Source of the DNA: Callorhinchus milii
Lineage: Eukaryota
DNA length: 64,000 nucleotides
Direction of reading: 5' to 3'
NCBI RefSeq assembly: GCF_018977255.1
Contig: NW_024704743.1
Location: 69,008,001 to 69,072,000, forward strand
A program made the position numbers and the translations under genes. The notes under the pieces were generated by a model. The model was given only the letters and a program-made list of their open reading frames with translations. It was not told the DNA's origin and searched no databases. Below, piece by piece: positions 13,020 through 25,889 of the stretch (position 1 is the stretch's first letter; each line of letters starts with the position of its first letter).

Positions 13020-14680
13020 TTCCCTCTCTTTGCCATTTGGTCACCCAGCTCCCCCTCCTTTGCCCACTACTGGCTGATGTCATCGACCAGTCCCTCTCCT
13101 CCCGATCAGTCCCTGCCTCCCTCAAAACTGCTGTTATCACCCACCTTTTGAAAAAACTCTCCCTAGATCCCTCAAACCCCAGCCACTACCGCCTATTTCT
13201 AACCTGCCCTTCCTCTCAAAAGTCCTAGAACGCGTTGTTGCCAAACAACTTCGCACACACCTCTCCTCCCACTCCCTCTTCGAACCCCTCCAGTCCGGTT
13301 TCCGCCCTCCCCACAGTACAGAGACTGCGCCCACAGTACAGAGACTGCACTTGTGAAAGTCACAAACGACATCCTCTCTATGTGTGACCAGGGATCGATC
13401 CCTCTGCCTCCTTGTCCTTCTGGACCTCTCCGCCACGTTTGACACAGTCGATCACGCCATCCTCCTCCACCGCCTTTCCTCCGTCATCCACCTCAGTGGG
13501 ACTGCACTCGCCTGGTTCGAGTCCTACCTCACAAACCGCCAGCAGTACATCTGCACAAACGGCTTCTCCTCCCGCTCTCACCCAGTTACCTGTGGGGTAC
13601 CCCAAGGATCCATCCTTGGCCCCCTCCTCTTTCTGATCTATATGCTCCCTCTTGGGATGTCATCCGCAGACATGGGGTACATTTCCACATGTACACGGAC
13701 GACACCCAACTCCACTTTTCCACTTCACTTTGCGACCCCCCAGTCCCCTGATGTTCTATCAGTCTGCCTGTCAGATCTCAGGGGCTGGATGAGCACAAAT
13801 TTCCTTCAGCTGAATGTTGACAAGACGGAAGCCATACACTTTGGCTCTCTCTCACCTCCTCTACCTACCTGACCTCCCCCTAAAACTCTCCAAACCCATT
13901 CAACCTATGCGTCAGGTTCGACCCCCAATTATCCTTCCTCCCCCACATCCTGTCCCTCATCAGCACCGCTTTCTTCCACCTCCGACGCATCGCCCTCCTC
14001 CGCCAATAACTCTCCCAAAAGCCGCTGAAACCCTGGTTCATGCCTTTGTCACCTCTCGGCTGGACTACTCTAATGCCCTCTCACCGGTCTCCCATCCACT
14101 TCCAGTGCCTTGGGACGTCCTCCCGACGTGAAAGGCGCTCAATAAATGGAATCTTGTTGTTGTTGTTGTTCCATCCATAAAATCCAACTCATTCAGAACT
14201 CTGCCGCCCGCATTCTCACCGCACGAACCTCCGCTCCCCGATCCCCCAGTCCTTGCCAGACGGCACTGGCTGCCTGTCTCAGAGAGGATGGATTTCAAGA
14301 TCCTCACCCTTGTATTCAAATCCCTTCACTCCTCTGCACCCCCCTACCTCTCTGACCTCCTCTTTCCTCAAAACAGTACCCGTTGCCTTCATTCCTCCGG
14401 GTCTGGCCTCCTCCTCGTCCCCCGAGTCCTCCTCTCCACCCTCGGCGGCCGTGCCTTCAGCCACTATGCCCCGAGGGTCTGGAACTGCCTTCCTCACTCC
14501 CTTCGTCTCACTCCCTCCCTTCCCGTTTTCAGGTTTCTGCTGAAGACCTTTCTTTTTGACCATGCCTTTGGTCACCTTCCTCCCCCTCCCCCTGGCTCGG
14601 CCCCGGGATCCGTTACTGAAAAGCACTCTGAGACGCCGTCCAGCGGGGAGGGCGCTATATAAATCCAAGTTGTCGTTGTT
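13020..14680 (+). mobile_element. L2 LINE with reverse-transcriptase remnant (frameshifted)
   Basis: LVLLDLSATFDTVDH, GVPQGSILGPLLF and FLQLNVDKTE motifs; 3' hairpin and ttg tail. Confidence 0.93.
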
Positions 14681-14788
14681 TCTCAGTTTCCCATTGGACA
14701 CTCAAATGATGCACATTGATAGGTTTCCGCGTGTGTTAGACACTGGGCTGACCAAAACAAAGAGGGTTAAAGAATGTATTGTACTTAC

Positions 14789-14910
14789 ATTGTTTGAGTG
14801 GAGCACAGTGAAGAACTCTGGGTTTGTGATAAACTTAACAGTGGGAGACTGCAATAACATGTTGATTTTCTGCGAATTCACTGGGGACATGGAGCCATCT
14901 CGCCGCAGTT
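14789..14910 (-). CDS. HECW1: HECW1 coding exon (ELRRDGSMSPVNSQKINMLLQSPTVKFITNPEFFTVLHSNN)
   Basis: 122 bp; acceptor ttttaccag, donor gtaagt; phase 1 to 0. Confidence 0.96.
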
Positions 14911-16242
14911 CTGGTAAAATTGAAGAGAAAGAAATTTGGTAAGCAGACCATCACAAATGGTGACTGTACATTTAGCAAATGCGCAATCTGGGCTGCACAG
15001 GTACGCACATTTAACAGACATAGATAAGAGTTTAAATCAAGTCAGGTACAGTTAACACACAACTTTCATGATAGTTCAGACCAAATATACATTTAAAATT
15101 ACTTGTGATCTAGTTTATAATGTTGAACAGATCTCTTATTATGAACTGTGCTTTTATCGAATTTCTAAAACATCAACTTCAACACATTGGATGTTTCAGA
15201 AAATTTGGTAATTATATATTTCTTACAAATGTGGGCAAAATAAATCAAGTAAAGTCGGTACATTTGTAGTCAATAGTTAAGTTGTAAAATAACTATAAAA
15301 TATAAAATTCAGATATCATATTTATCCGTACACCTATAAAATACAGTCATTCCATTTTACAGTATATTCTGTGAAGCATTTTGAGACATCCTCAGGCATG
15401 AAAGGCAATGTATCAAATGTAAGAATTGTTATTATCTTGCTTCTAAAGAGCAAGGAGTATGATGTCGCTAAACCTCCTGTGATCAATTGTACTCTTGTTT
15501 GTTTTAAAAATATTTTAATTACAACACAGATACAATAAAAAGGTAAAAAAAAATCTAAAATAAAGATTCATTGAAAACTGTCAGACTGCACCTGATACAG
15601 CATCAGCTGTGGTAAAATTTGCCTGCAGTTGCCAAGATGGTAGTATAAAGAGCCCCATCTCCAATGAAGTAACACCACTTTCAACATCCGTTCTCCATTT
15701 CCACTTCCTCAAAACTATTTGCATTCACACTCATTATTGATTTGTGTTTACATGACAGGATGAAGAGAGTATTGAACCCAAAGCCCTGACTGTGGCTGCT
15801 GCTGTACCAGCCTCAGTCTGTCTGTGCACTACCCCACACAAGGCACTAAAGAGGAACAAGTGGTTCACATTTCCCTTGTGGTCACTTTGATCATTCTGTC
15901 CATCATGGTTGCCGCACCAGAGAACTGTTTGTTTTCTTTTTGTGGTAATTGTCTTAGCTCTGGTACAATTTCCACATAAGCAGAACTGACTTTCATCCGA
16001 TTACTTTTTTTGGAAAGAATAAGCAGACAAAAATACCACAAAGGACTTCAAACAATACATGACAGCAACCGCAGCGAAGGCGGAAGCCAGATCCAGATTG
16101 AGTGCAAAATGTTCCCAGATATGGTAACTGCAGTAAAGCTGTCTGTGGGAACAAAGATATCTGTGGTTCTTCTGCAGAACTGTGTCAATCGGATATGCAG
16201 ATGGCTATTTCCCTGAACATATTCCTCACAAATTATAGCTAC

Positions 16243-16325
16243 CTGGATTCGGCTGAATAGCATCTGTTGCACTCGCCTCATCTTCTGACCTGTTTGTTGC
16301 AATTGTCCGCTGGATGTTCTGATAC
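16243..16325 (-). CDS. HECW1: HECW1 coding exon (YQNIQRTIATNRSEDEASATDAIQPNP)
   Basis: 83 bp; acceptor taacag, donor CCA G|gtagct; phase 2 to 1; an in-frame stop follows shortly after this donor. Confidence 0.9.
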
Positions 16326-19300
16326 CTGTTACCCAACAAGAATAAGAAGCCGATTAATTCATTCATAGTTACGGTCTGGTTTGATGATTTGACAATTTAA
16401 CTTTGTGTTAGGTTGTTAATGGGGCCAGGGGAAAGAGAGAGAGGAGAGGGAGAACATGATTTAGAGTAACCACATGAAACAGCCTAAACTGTTACCAAAA
16501 CAAATTGTGCAACCAAAGATTTTTTTTACAGTGGATTAGAACCTACCGATAAATCACCCAAGATTGAAACTAATGCAAGTAAGATCAGGCATGTGGATAA
16601 ATGGTCTCCGGGTCTCCCATTTAATAATGAAGTCCTATTACACAAGCCGGACAGTCTGTATAGTGCCTGCAATACGTGAAGAGTTTATTTTTCTCTGGTG
16701 CAATGATTGAGCTACAAAACAGCCCTGGTTTGACCCAGGTATAACCAGACCTCACCAACAGAACATCCTCAGCAATGGCATAGTCCGAGAAAGTAGTTTC
16801 ACCCTTGATGGAGAGGCTGATCCTTTCTCCAATACCAATTTGCTTCTCCTGGATAGAAACAAGCTATGGAGTAATGCACAGCATTTCACACTGACTGGAG
16901 TTGAACATCAAGGGCTTTGATCTGTGCTGTGTGCAAGTTGATGTGTGGAATTTGGATAGCATTATCACATTGTCTGTCAATTGCTAGAGAATTCAGATGA
17001 ATCTGATTTGGTGTGTTGGCACTAAATAAGACATCTAATTTCCAGCTGCTACTTCTGGCTCTGGTTATAATTTTTGTCCTCCATCCACTGTTGCTATGCT
17101 CCATAATCTATGAGGTCTGTATTCATACTACAAATTTATAGTGGGGGATATCCTTTACATCCCCCACTCATCTGCTTCAACCTCTTTGCTCAGCTAACAC
17201 AAACCTGCTGATCATCCCTCAATCCCTCCTCGCCAATGCTGGTGGCTAAACCTTTAGCCACTATCCCCCAAATCTCTGAAACTCCCTGCCTCAATTTCTC
17301 TGCCTTATCCCCTCTTTTCCCACCTGAAAAACTCACCTGAAAAGCTACCTCTTTGACTGAGTCTGCAGTTACCTTCCCCCCTCTCCCTTGCTCGGCACCT
17401 AACCCTGCCACTGTGCTATCCTGTGTGAAGGCCGCTATATAAATGGAACCTGTTGTACATATAGCTATATTAAATTAGTAAGATATCATACATATTATAG
17501 AGACATCGCTGTACAATGAATAGCTTACACACACAGTGGCGTACAGTAGGGAAGCCACACTTACCTTTCGCCCCAGGAGAATAAATCTTAGAGATTGCAT
17601 TCACTTTCTCAATCTTGAAGGGGAGGAGGATGAGTGATCCTAACTCAATCAACAGACCCATTGAGATATATATGCTTATATCTATAAATGTATTATATGT
17701 GATGTACAGTTTCCAACAGCTTGACTACAAAGTAGTCAAATGCATATTTATTTCTACAGCTTCATTAAATGCCTAAATATGTTAATCTATTGTTAATATT
17801 TCCTGCCTATCTTGAAGTACATTGAAAAGATATCACCAATATCACCTTTACATTCATACAATTTGCATAATTGAGTTAATAGGAATCTGACTTAAACTCA
17901 AGTGCCACTTATGATCTTTGTACGTGAAAGGCTAATTTTATGTTGCACAGTTACATTTCTGATGAAGAGTTTGCAACCTCTGGAGTTATTAAAGTGGGTG
18001 AAGGACATAATTGATTGTTGACTGCTTTTGACATAATTAATAATCCTTGCATTTGGTACAGTACCTTTCGTGTCAGGAGGACATCTCAAAGAACTTCATT
18101 GGAATTTTCTGTCAAATGTAGTGATTGTGTATTTGTAGGCAAATGTGGCAACCGAATTGCACACAGCAATGTCCCATAAACAGCCATGACTAGTTTTATT
18201 TGGGGGATTGTCAGTCCAGGAGAAACTCCATTCTTTTTTCGAGTAGTGCCATGGAGTTTTTAACATCCACATAAGACGAATTTAAAAATGTGAGTAGTGA
18301 AAGACTTTATTCCTGCCTACATTGGTGTTCCTACACATTCTGCAGAGTAGAAAGTAAGATGATAAGAAACTTGATTCTGGATGGTAGTCTTTTGATGGTT
18401 GCTACATGTTAAAATATGAGGTGATCACGTTTCATGGAAAAAATGGATTATATTGAGGTGGTTAACTCAAGCCTCACAAGAGCTGTTTTGTGGATATTCC
18501 AAGAGATGGAATTTGTTGGCATTTCTAATGTATTTATACAGTCTGGAAATATTCACTAATCTCTTGAGGAATTCTGAAACTGAGCCCTAAAAGACAGTCT
18601 GGCTCAGTTACAATACCCAGAAACCAAGGCAGTCATAAATAGTGGTTACATTTTGGAGATAATTCAATGTAACAGCCCCTGTGGATGCAGAAACATACAG
18701 TATTTAATAGCTGGGGTGAACGCACATTTCCATGTTGGAGATCAAAAAACTGTGAAGCAGTATTTCATTAAGAAAGGAGGAATTCCACAAATATTAAATA
18801 ATGAAGGAAATAAGGACTGGAAAAAGTGACTCCATCTGTGCCTTCAGTCTAATTAAGTTACTCAGGACACTATTAAACATGTGCAACTCAGATAGAAACC
18901 ACCCTATTTGCAATCCTCATACTTCAAACAGCACAAATGTTTGAATGAAATAATCCTTTAATTTCAGGATTAAATATAAAATCTGCGCTTGAAATGATAG
19001 GGGTGCAAATTGTGACCTGTGATAATATTAACACTAGTGTCAATTATTATAGCAATGAAAAATTCAGCCCCATGAACAAGTTTAGTAACTGAAAAATACT
19101 GTGGGAGAAATACCAGCAGCCAAATGGTTAAAGAATAAAAGAAAACTTACATTTTTTTAGTGCTGGTTCATTAGTGTAGAAAAATTCCGTGGGCAGTGGT
19201 GGGGAGACAAACAAGTAAGTCACACATAGTAACTATGCAGCGAGAGGGGTTTGGCAAGACTGGAGCACCGATAAGACTCAGGAACCCGGATTTTATTAGG

Positions 19301-19659
19301 ATCATAGCAATTTACAGAACAATAGAATAACAACAACTTGCAATTAGATAGTGCCCATCACAGTGATGGAGCCTGATATTGAGCTGGGGATAAAGAGGTG
19401 ACCGTAAGCACAGTCGAAGAGCAAGGTCTTCAGTCGTGATATAAAAGAGGGGTGGAAGGGGGGGCAAGGCAGAGGGATTGGGGGAGAGAATTCTTTTGGC
19501 CATCTGGCCCATCGGCTCCATGCTGGCTCTTTTAAACAGCAATCCTTTCAGTCCCATTTACCTGAACTGCCCTCTCCCCATACACCTGTAATTTATTCCT
19601 TTTTCGATATCTATCTAGTTCCCTTTTGAAAGCTAATTGCGTAAGGAATTTGTCCTCCC

Positions 19660-19752
19660 CTCCCCTTGGCTCAGTCCCAGGATCCGTTACTCTGAAGCGC
19701 TCTGAGACGCCGTCTGGCGTGGAGGGCGCTATATAAATCAAAGTTGTTGTTG
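19660..19752 (+). mobile_element. Very short L2 3'-tail insertion next to a CR1 3' end (19500-19640, minus)
   Basis: agcgctctgagacgccgtctggcgtggagggcgct hairpin plus ttgttgttg. Confidence 0.8.
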
Positions 19753-20467
19753 TAATATAGAGTCGCCTCAACCACTGCTCCTGGCACCAACATATTATTC
19801 AGGACTCTTTGAAACTCAAAGGTTATTAAAGAAAACTCAAGAATTAAATTCATAAAGCCTCATCCCTATAGTATAAATATTGCTTTCTTTGTTCCGTAGA
19901 AACATTTTCTCACATCCGTCCTTCCCACCAACAACAGCAGGGATATCACGTTGCATAAGGAATTTGTTCTTCCCAATCTTGACCTATCCCTATCCACTCC
20001 AAATTTGTTCTCAAGTATATTTCATCCCTGTTCCCTGTGTTTCTGATCACATGGCTACTCATTCAGAACACCTAAGTTGAAATAATATCTTAGAGTGAAC
20101 TCTGGCCTCAGTGTAAAGCTACCACCTTATGGAATTTGATATAATTGAGCATGCAAAAAGAGTATCATTTACACTAGAGAATGGTATTCTAAAAAGATGA
20201 GATCAAATAGGATACAGGTCTATATCATTCCTGCCAAGACGAGAACTCATTTTTTTAAGGACAAATTATATGACCGAGCCATAGTTCCTACATGAAGCCC
20301 ATTCAACATTATTCCTCTCGTCAAGTATTAGGACTGATAATTAGGGAAGAAGTGGAACATTAAGTCAAAAAAAAAGTATGCATGACAATTTCCTTAAAGA
20401 CATTAAAGAAGAACAGTGCTTTGACTAGAGGAACAAGAAAATATTAAAAATTATTATCGGAGAAGTG

Positions 20468-20766
20468 CAGTAAAGCCTGTTAAAGCAACCACTTCTATTC
20501 AGCAACCACCTGCTGTCAACAACCACCATGGCATAGTCCCAATGGACTCTCCATGATAAACACCTCTATTCAGCAATCACCAGTGAGGCAGCCTTGGTAA
20601 ATGTGCTAGCAGTCTAACGTGACGCTATACGTGGAAATGTTTGGTCCGTGGAAATGTTTTAAAAAGATTTCAGGCCTGGTCAATGAACCCTTATGCAGAG
20701 GCCACTCTAACATAAAGGCCACATTGATCCAGTCCCATGAGCAGTTGCTGAAAACAGGTTTTATTG
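20468..20766. mobile_element. MITE, Tigger/pogo-like
   Basis: TIRs cagtaaagcctgtt ... aacaggttttattg; subterminal agcaaccac repeats. Confidence 0.65.
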
Positions 20767-20848
20767 CATTAAACGTAAGGATTGCTTTCTTAAAAGATAA
20801 AGAAATAACAATTTAGAAGGTTGATACCAAATGCATGAGTGTCATTTA

Positions 20849-21049
<201 letters not shown>

Positions 21050-22110
21050 TCACAAGCTATATGTTGCAGTCTTATTTCTCTGCTCTTTCTCAGAGTCCTT
21101 TTATAATTTTATTCTTCAAGCCTACTAAATTACATAATGTATATAGCTTCAAGAGCCACTTTCAGCTATTCATTCCACATCCCACTTACCTTCTGAATTA
21201 CAAATTCAGGAACTAAACTCTCATTGAAAAATTCAGATTCTGAAGATCATACAAATATTATTTTTGAACAGCCTGGACAGATTATAAATCTCGGTAACGT
21301 TGCTGAAATTCTACAGAAAGAAAATATGAAGACATTAAGAAGCAAAACAGTAGAATATTTCAAATGGTTGAGAAATATTAGGGAAAATGTCTAAATGCAC
21401 CATTAAGTTGGATTCTGGTTTGTGAATAATATAGTTTCAGTTCTTTTAAGCTATTTCTCTTTCAAATGCTAGTTAGCCTACCTGTGGATTTGCAAAAACC
21501 AGCATTTTTTATATCCAGTAACACAGAAACAGTCTTATTCACGAAATATGGTAACCAATTATGTACAGAAATTAAAATTAATGCTGTTGATGAATTATGT
21601 AATGAAAAGTGGTTCAGCTCTGCAAGCCTCTCATCATTCGTACAACCCAATGTCCACGAATCATGCTCGTCATTCTTCTCCAAACACATTTTTTTAACCC
21701 TTTTTATGGTCAGCTGGGTGTCTGACGCATGTGGAAACCCATCACCATGCTTAAGAGTCTTTACTCAAAACTACTGAGATATCCACATATGTATGATTTT
21801 GTTTTGTTTGGATCAAACCTTTCAACCAAAACTTACACATATCTTTATGATCCATTTGATTATTTAACAACAATAAAAACTTGCATTTATATAGGGCTCT
21901 TAATGTAGAATTACATCTCTCAGGGTGCCACATAGCAGGGGGAGGGAGGGAGGTAACCGTAGATTGACTCCACTTGAATGGGCTGAAGGTGGACCCAAAG
22001 GAACATAGGGAAATAGGAACAGGCGGCCATTCAGCCTATTGAGACTGTTCCAGTAGTTAGTTACTTCTTGGCTGATCTTTTAATTCCATTGCCTTGCCCT
22101 TTCACCATAT

Positions 22111-22427
22111 GGAGTCCTGTAGCTCAGTGGTTAGAGCACTTGCCTCGCAAGCGAGAGACCTGGCTTCGATACCTGGCAGGATGAAACTTTGGGCAAGTTT
22201 CCTTACTCCACACGCCTGATAATAATCCCTCAAGAAAAAAAACACAATAATAAATTGGTCACTTCAATCCATGACTGTTTGTGGGACACTGCTGTGCGCA
22301 ATTGGCTGCTGCGTTTCGCCCACAAATATTCAGACAATTCACTTTACAGTATATTCTGTGAAGTGCTTTGAAATGGCTAAAGGCGTGAAAAGCGCGATAT
22401 CAAACGCAAGGATTATTATTATTATTA
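22111..22427 (+). mobile_element. Full-length tRNA-derived SINE
   Basis: ggagtcctgtagctcagtggttagagc head; core; (ATT)n tail. Confidence 0.93.
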
Positions 22428-23689
22428 CTTCCCGCATTCTCCTCACTAAAGATGACTGAAGCTGAGTCCATGATATTCATTTTCAGGCACATGGATTGTA
22501 GCCTTTCACCAATGGCTTGAGGGTCTCCAGCAATTTGGGTATTTTGTTTCCTAATAAAATTCTCATGAAATGATAGTCGAAGTTTGTGATCCACAAATCA
22601 GAAGTATAAGGTCTAGGAGCTGATTTTTCGGTCTTCACCACTGAGAATGATGTCCCGTGGTGGGGGGCTCCTACCTCAGACCCCTTCAATGTGATAAATA
22701 TCACATGGGCTGCCAATGAGACCATGATATTCCTAATGTGCTCTCACAAACTTTAAATTTAACCAACGCATTTTGTTTAATATCCACATCCTTTTGTGCC
22801 ACGTATCATTATTAGTTCCTCTTAGTGGAACAGCTATTATTGTGGATTTTTCTTTCTCTGTGGCAGCCGGGCCAAAATTAACAAGATTATTGTGAGAGCT
22901 TACAAGGCTGAATCTGAAATTCACCGCTTCTCGACACAGTGGACTGGTGCTCCACTATACTGCAGAATACAATGTAGCTTTACCTTAGCCCTGCAAAACA
23001 TTCCAAAGACTTTGGCCAAAAGCCTGTCGCTCTCCATCAGATGGTCACAGGTTCAGCTCAAGTCTTCAGAAATTTGTTGTTTAAATCTTCCAGGATCAAG
23101 AGACTTCTTGGACAGGTTATTAGACAAAGTACTTCCCAAATGTGTCAGGAGTAAAAATCCCTGTAATTTTGCTGAAAATTCACATAAGTGTCAGCCATTC
23201 AGCAGCTGCTAGCAATTTCAGCCAGATGGAATGACTGATAGCACAGCCATTATGTTGAAGCTGTTTGCTTTGCAGTTCTTAAAAATGATGACTGAATTTA
23301 AGATGTTCCAAAATTAAGCAAGATCTTAAATTTTAAGCCATTGGTTTTATGGATCAGACCGTGAGAAATGTTAGGACCCAGAAGCCTTACATCAGAATCA
23401 TTCGGAAAGGAGTTTGAGGACCCAGGGTGTTTGGGATGAACTAACTCTAACTTGCCACTTCAAGCACGACCTTAAGAAATCAACCAACCCAATTGTTTCA
23501 ACAAATCCCAGTTGCCCTCCCAGGTTCATTCACAGAGATTTCTCCACAAGATGGAAGCAGTGCTGCACTTTTAATTTTTGTTAAAAAAAAGCTTCCAGGA
23601 CATTTCATTTGGGTTTTCTTCTGCATGACAGCAGATAAGAGATAACATTCTTTGGCTTTGAACAAGCAGGACTATGTGGGTCAACGTGG

Positions 23690-24150
23690 TTAAAGGCACG
23701 CCCACCGATGGTGGAGCGGAGGAACCGAGGGACAAACAGAAGGCCAGAGCCAGCTGAGCAGAGGCAGCGGGTGGTGGGCTGGGCGGTAAACAGATCGGAT
23801 AAGTAGGAAGGTGCGAGGACATGAAGGGATTTTAAAACGAGTGAGAGGATCTTGAAATCAATCCGTTCAGTAATTGGGAGCCAGTGGAGCCTGGCAAGGA
23901 CTGGGGTGATCGGGATACAGAGTTTTGCGCAAGCGAGAATCGAGTGTTGGAGTTTTGAATTCATTGAATTTTGTTCAAGGTGGAGCTGGGGCGACAAACG
24001 AGGAGGGCATTGGAATAGTCCAGTGACGAAGGCGTGGATGAGGATTTCAGCTGCAATGGTAAAATGGATTGACTGTGTATTTTGTGGGAAACAAATCTGG
24101 GTCATCTCGCTTGCGAGGCAAGTGCTCTAACCATTACACTATGAGACTCC
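23690..24150 (-). mobile_element. L2 ORF2 fragment joined to an internally deleted SINE
   Basis: PITPVLARLHWLPITERIDFKIL motif; SINE head remnant at ~24105-24150. Confidence 0.8.
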
Positions 24151-24333
24151 ACTCTTTTCAGTTTTAACCAATATTTGACCCTTCTCCCCTTGTGAGTCAG
24201 AGGTGAGAATGCTACCGACTGAGGCACGCTGACACCTAAGACCAACATTGTGCCATGACAATGAACCTGGAGAAAATATTTTGGTCGTGGGTTTTATTAC
24301 ACATGGGTATTAAACACATATGAGATTCACACA

Positions 24334-24786
24334 TCGGGGGTGAGTTTTTGTGATGTGTTAACTATGTGCTAATTAACACATATGGCCAATTTTTCATAGC
24401 ACATATTTCGTAATAAATGGCTCCACAGTGTGCTAGTCAGAGATGCCCCCTCTCTCCGATACACTTCTCAATGGTTTTGACGTAGAAGCCATCTGTGCCA
24501 CATATTACACCGCCAGTTAGTGAGATACCAGCTTTACTCTTTTTGTTCAGATAAGCCGATATCTCACTAACCAGCACTCTAATACCTACGTCCAGTGTGT
24601 GGCCCTGCTGGTGTCTTGGCACGAGGCCATCGAGAGGGGCGTCTTGTGGGAGTGAATGCACCTCAGGACCTTCCCTCGGGCTAGCAAATGTGTGAAATAT
24701 CATAAAGTTACTAAATTGACCACATGTGTTAATCACCACCTAGGTGCTAATTAACACTTCACAACATCTCAATATTCACCCCAGAT
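24334..24786. mobile_element. Non-autonomous DNA element with long imperfect TIRs
   Basis: Left end gggggtga...attaacacatatggccaattt is the inverted counterpart of right end aaattgaccacatgtgttaat...tcaccccc. Confidence 0.6.
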
Positions 24787-25889
24787 TTCCCAAAGCTATT
24801 TATTGCACTTTTTACAGGAGCAATTTTCAGCTCCATAATTATCAATGCCATGCTACTTTTGCTCATCGAGAGTAACACCTACTGTGCTCCCATGAGTAAT
24901 GAGTTCAAAATGTGAGATATAGCCAAAACCACAACTAGCAAGCCAGCCATCTTAGTGTGGCTTTGGAAATGTGAAATGGGCCGTTGCCTTGGACTACATT
25001 GTACACAAGAAGTAATTTTAGTCGTGACTGAAAAGCTACAAACAGACTTCCGACATACACATATTTGGATTTCTCATGGTATTTCTATAGTAGGAGATGC
25101 TTTCAGATATTTGCAAATCAATACAAGCTGTTTATTATGGGGAGAGTAATGTTTCACACAAGGGAATTGTATGGATCAAGAAAGAATGCACATGGGAATC
25201 CTCTGATATTTCCTTCTCTATGCTTTGTTGCTCAGTGTTCGGCAATGACTGAATACAGACATACTGACCACACAAACTGTCCCTATATTACTGTATCAGG
25301 AGTAGCGTTAACCTTGCTTAGAAACATCCTGCCAATCTGCGTTGTTAACAATCATACATAAATGGACCAGTCATTTTTTAAACCGGGTAAAACCTAATCA
25401 AAAGTGGTTTGAGTCTAAGAATCTCTCACTGGTATTTTACAAACCTCGCTTTTGGTATATTATGTGGTGTTTGGCTACCTCTGCTTTTTAAAACATTTAC
25501 AAATTTGGCCTTATATAATTTTTATTAGTTTCTGCAAGATTTCCATGAAAATTTTAGTGTAAGAGTTCATGATGATCTCATCAGGGTTCCACAGTGCATG
25601 TTATGTTAAGGATTTGCAGATTCTTTCCACATACCTTTGGCTTTTTGAAGACGTTTAACAAGTCCCATATGGTAATGTCAGCCGCAGGCTGGTGACTTAC
25701 TTAGGAATCTGTGACTTGGGCTGTGACAGTTATGGGGACAGACTGCAAAGCTATTCTCCCTTAAGTAGAGTTGTAACTGATCCTTCAGAAGTGAGAGCAG
25801 ATAGAAGAGCTCAATGAATATGAATGTAGAGTCAAATTATAAGTGTGGTGGGTGGGAAAAGAGGACAATGATGCTTGTTGCAGATAAGG

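Noticed and set aside
16048..16144. Extra HECW1 exon after the acceptor-like tttgttcccacag
   Set aside because: Peptide unlike HECW1, runs into a stop, no convincing donor
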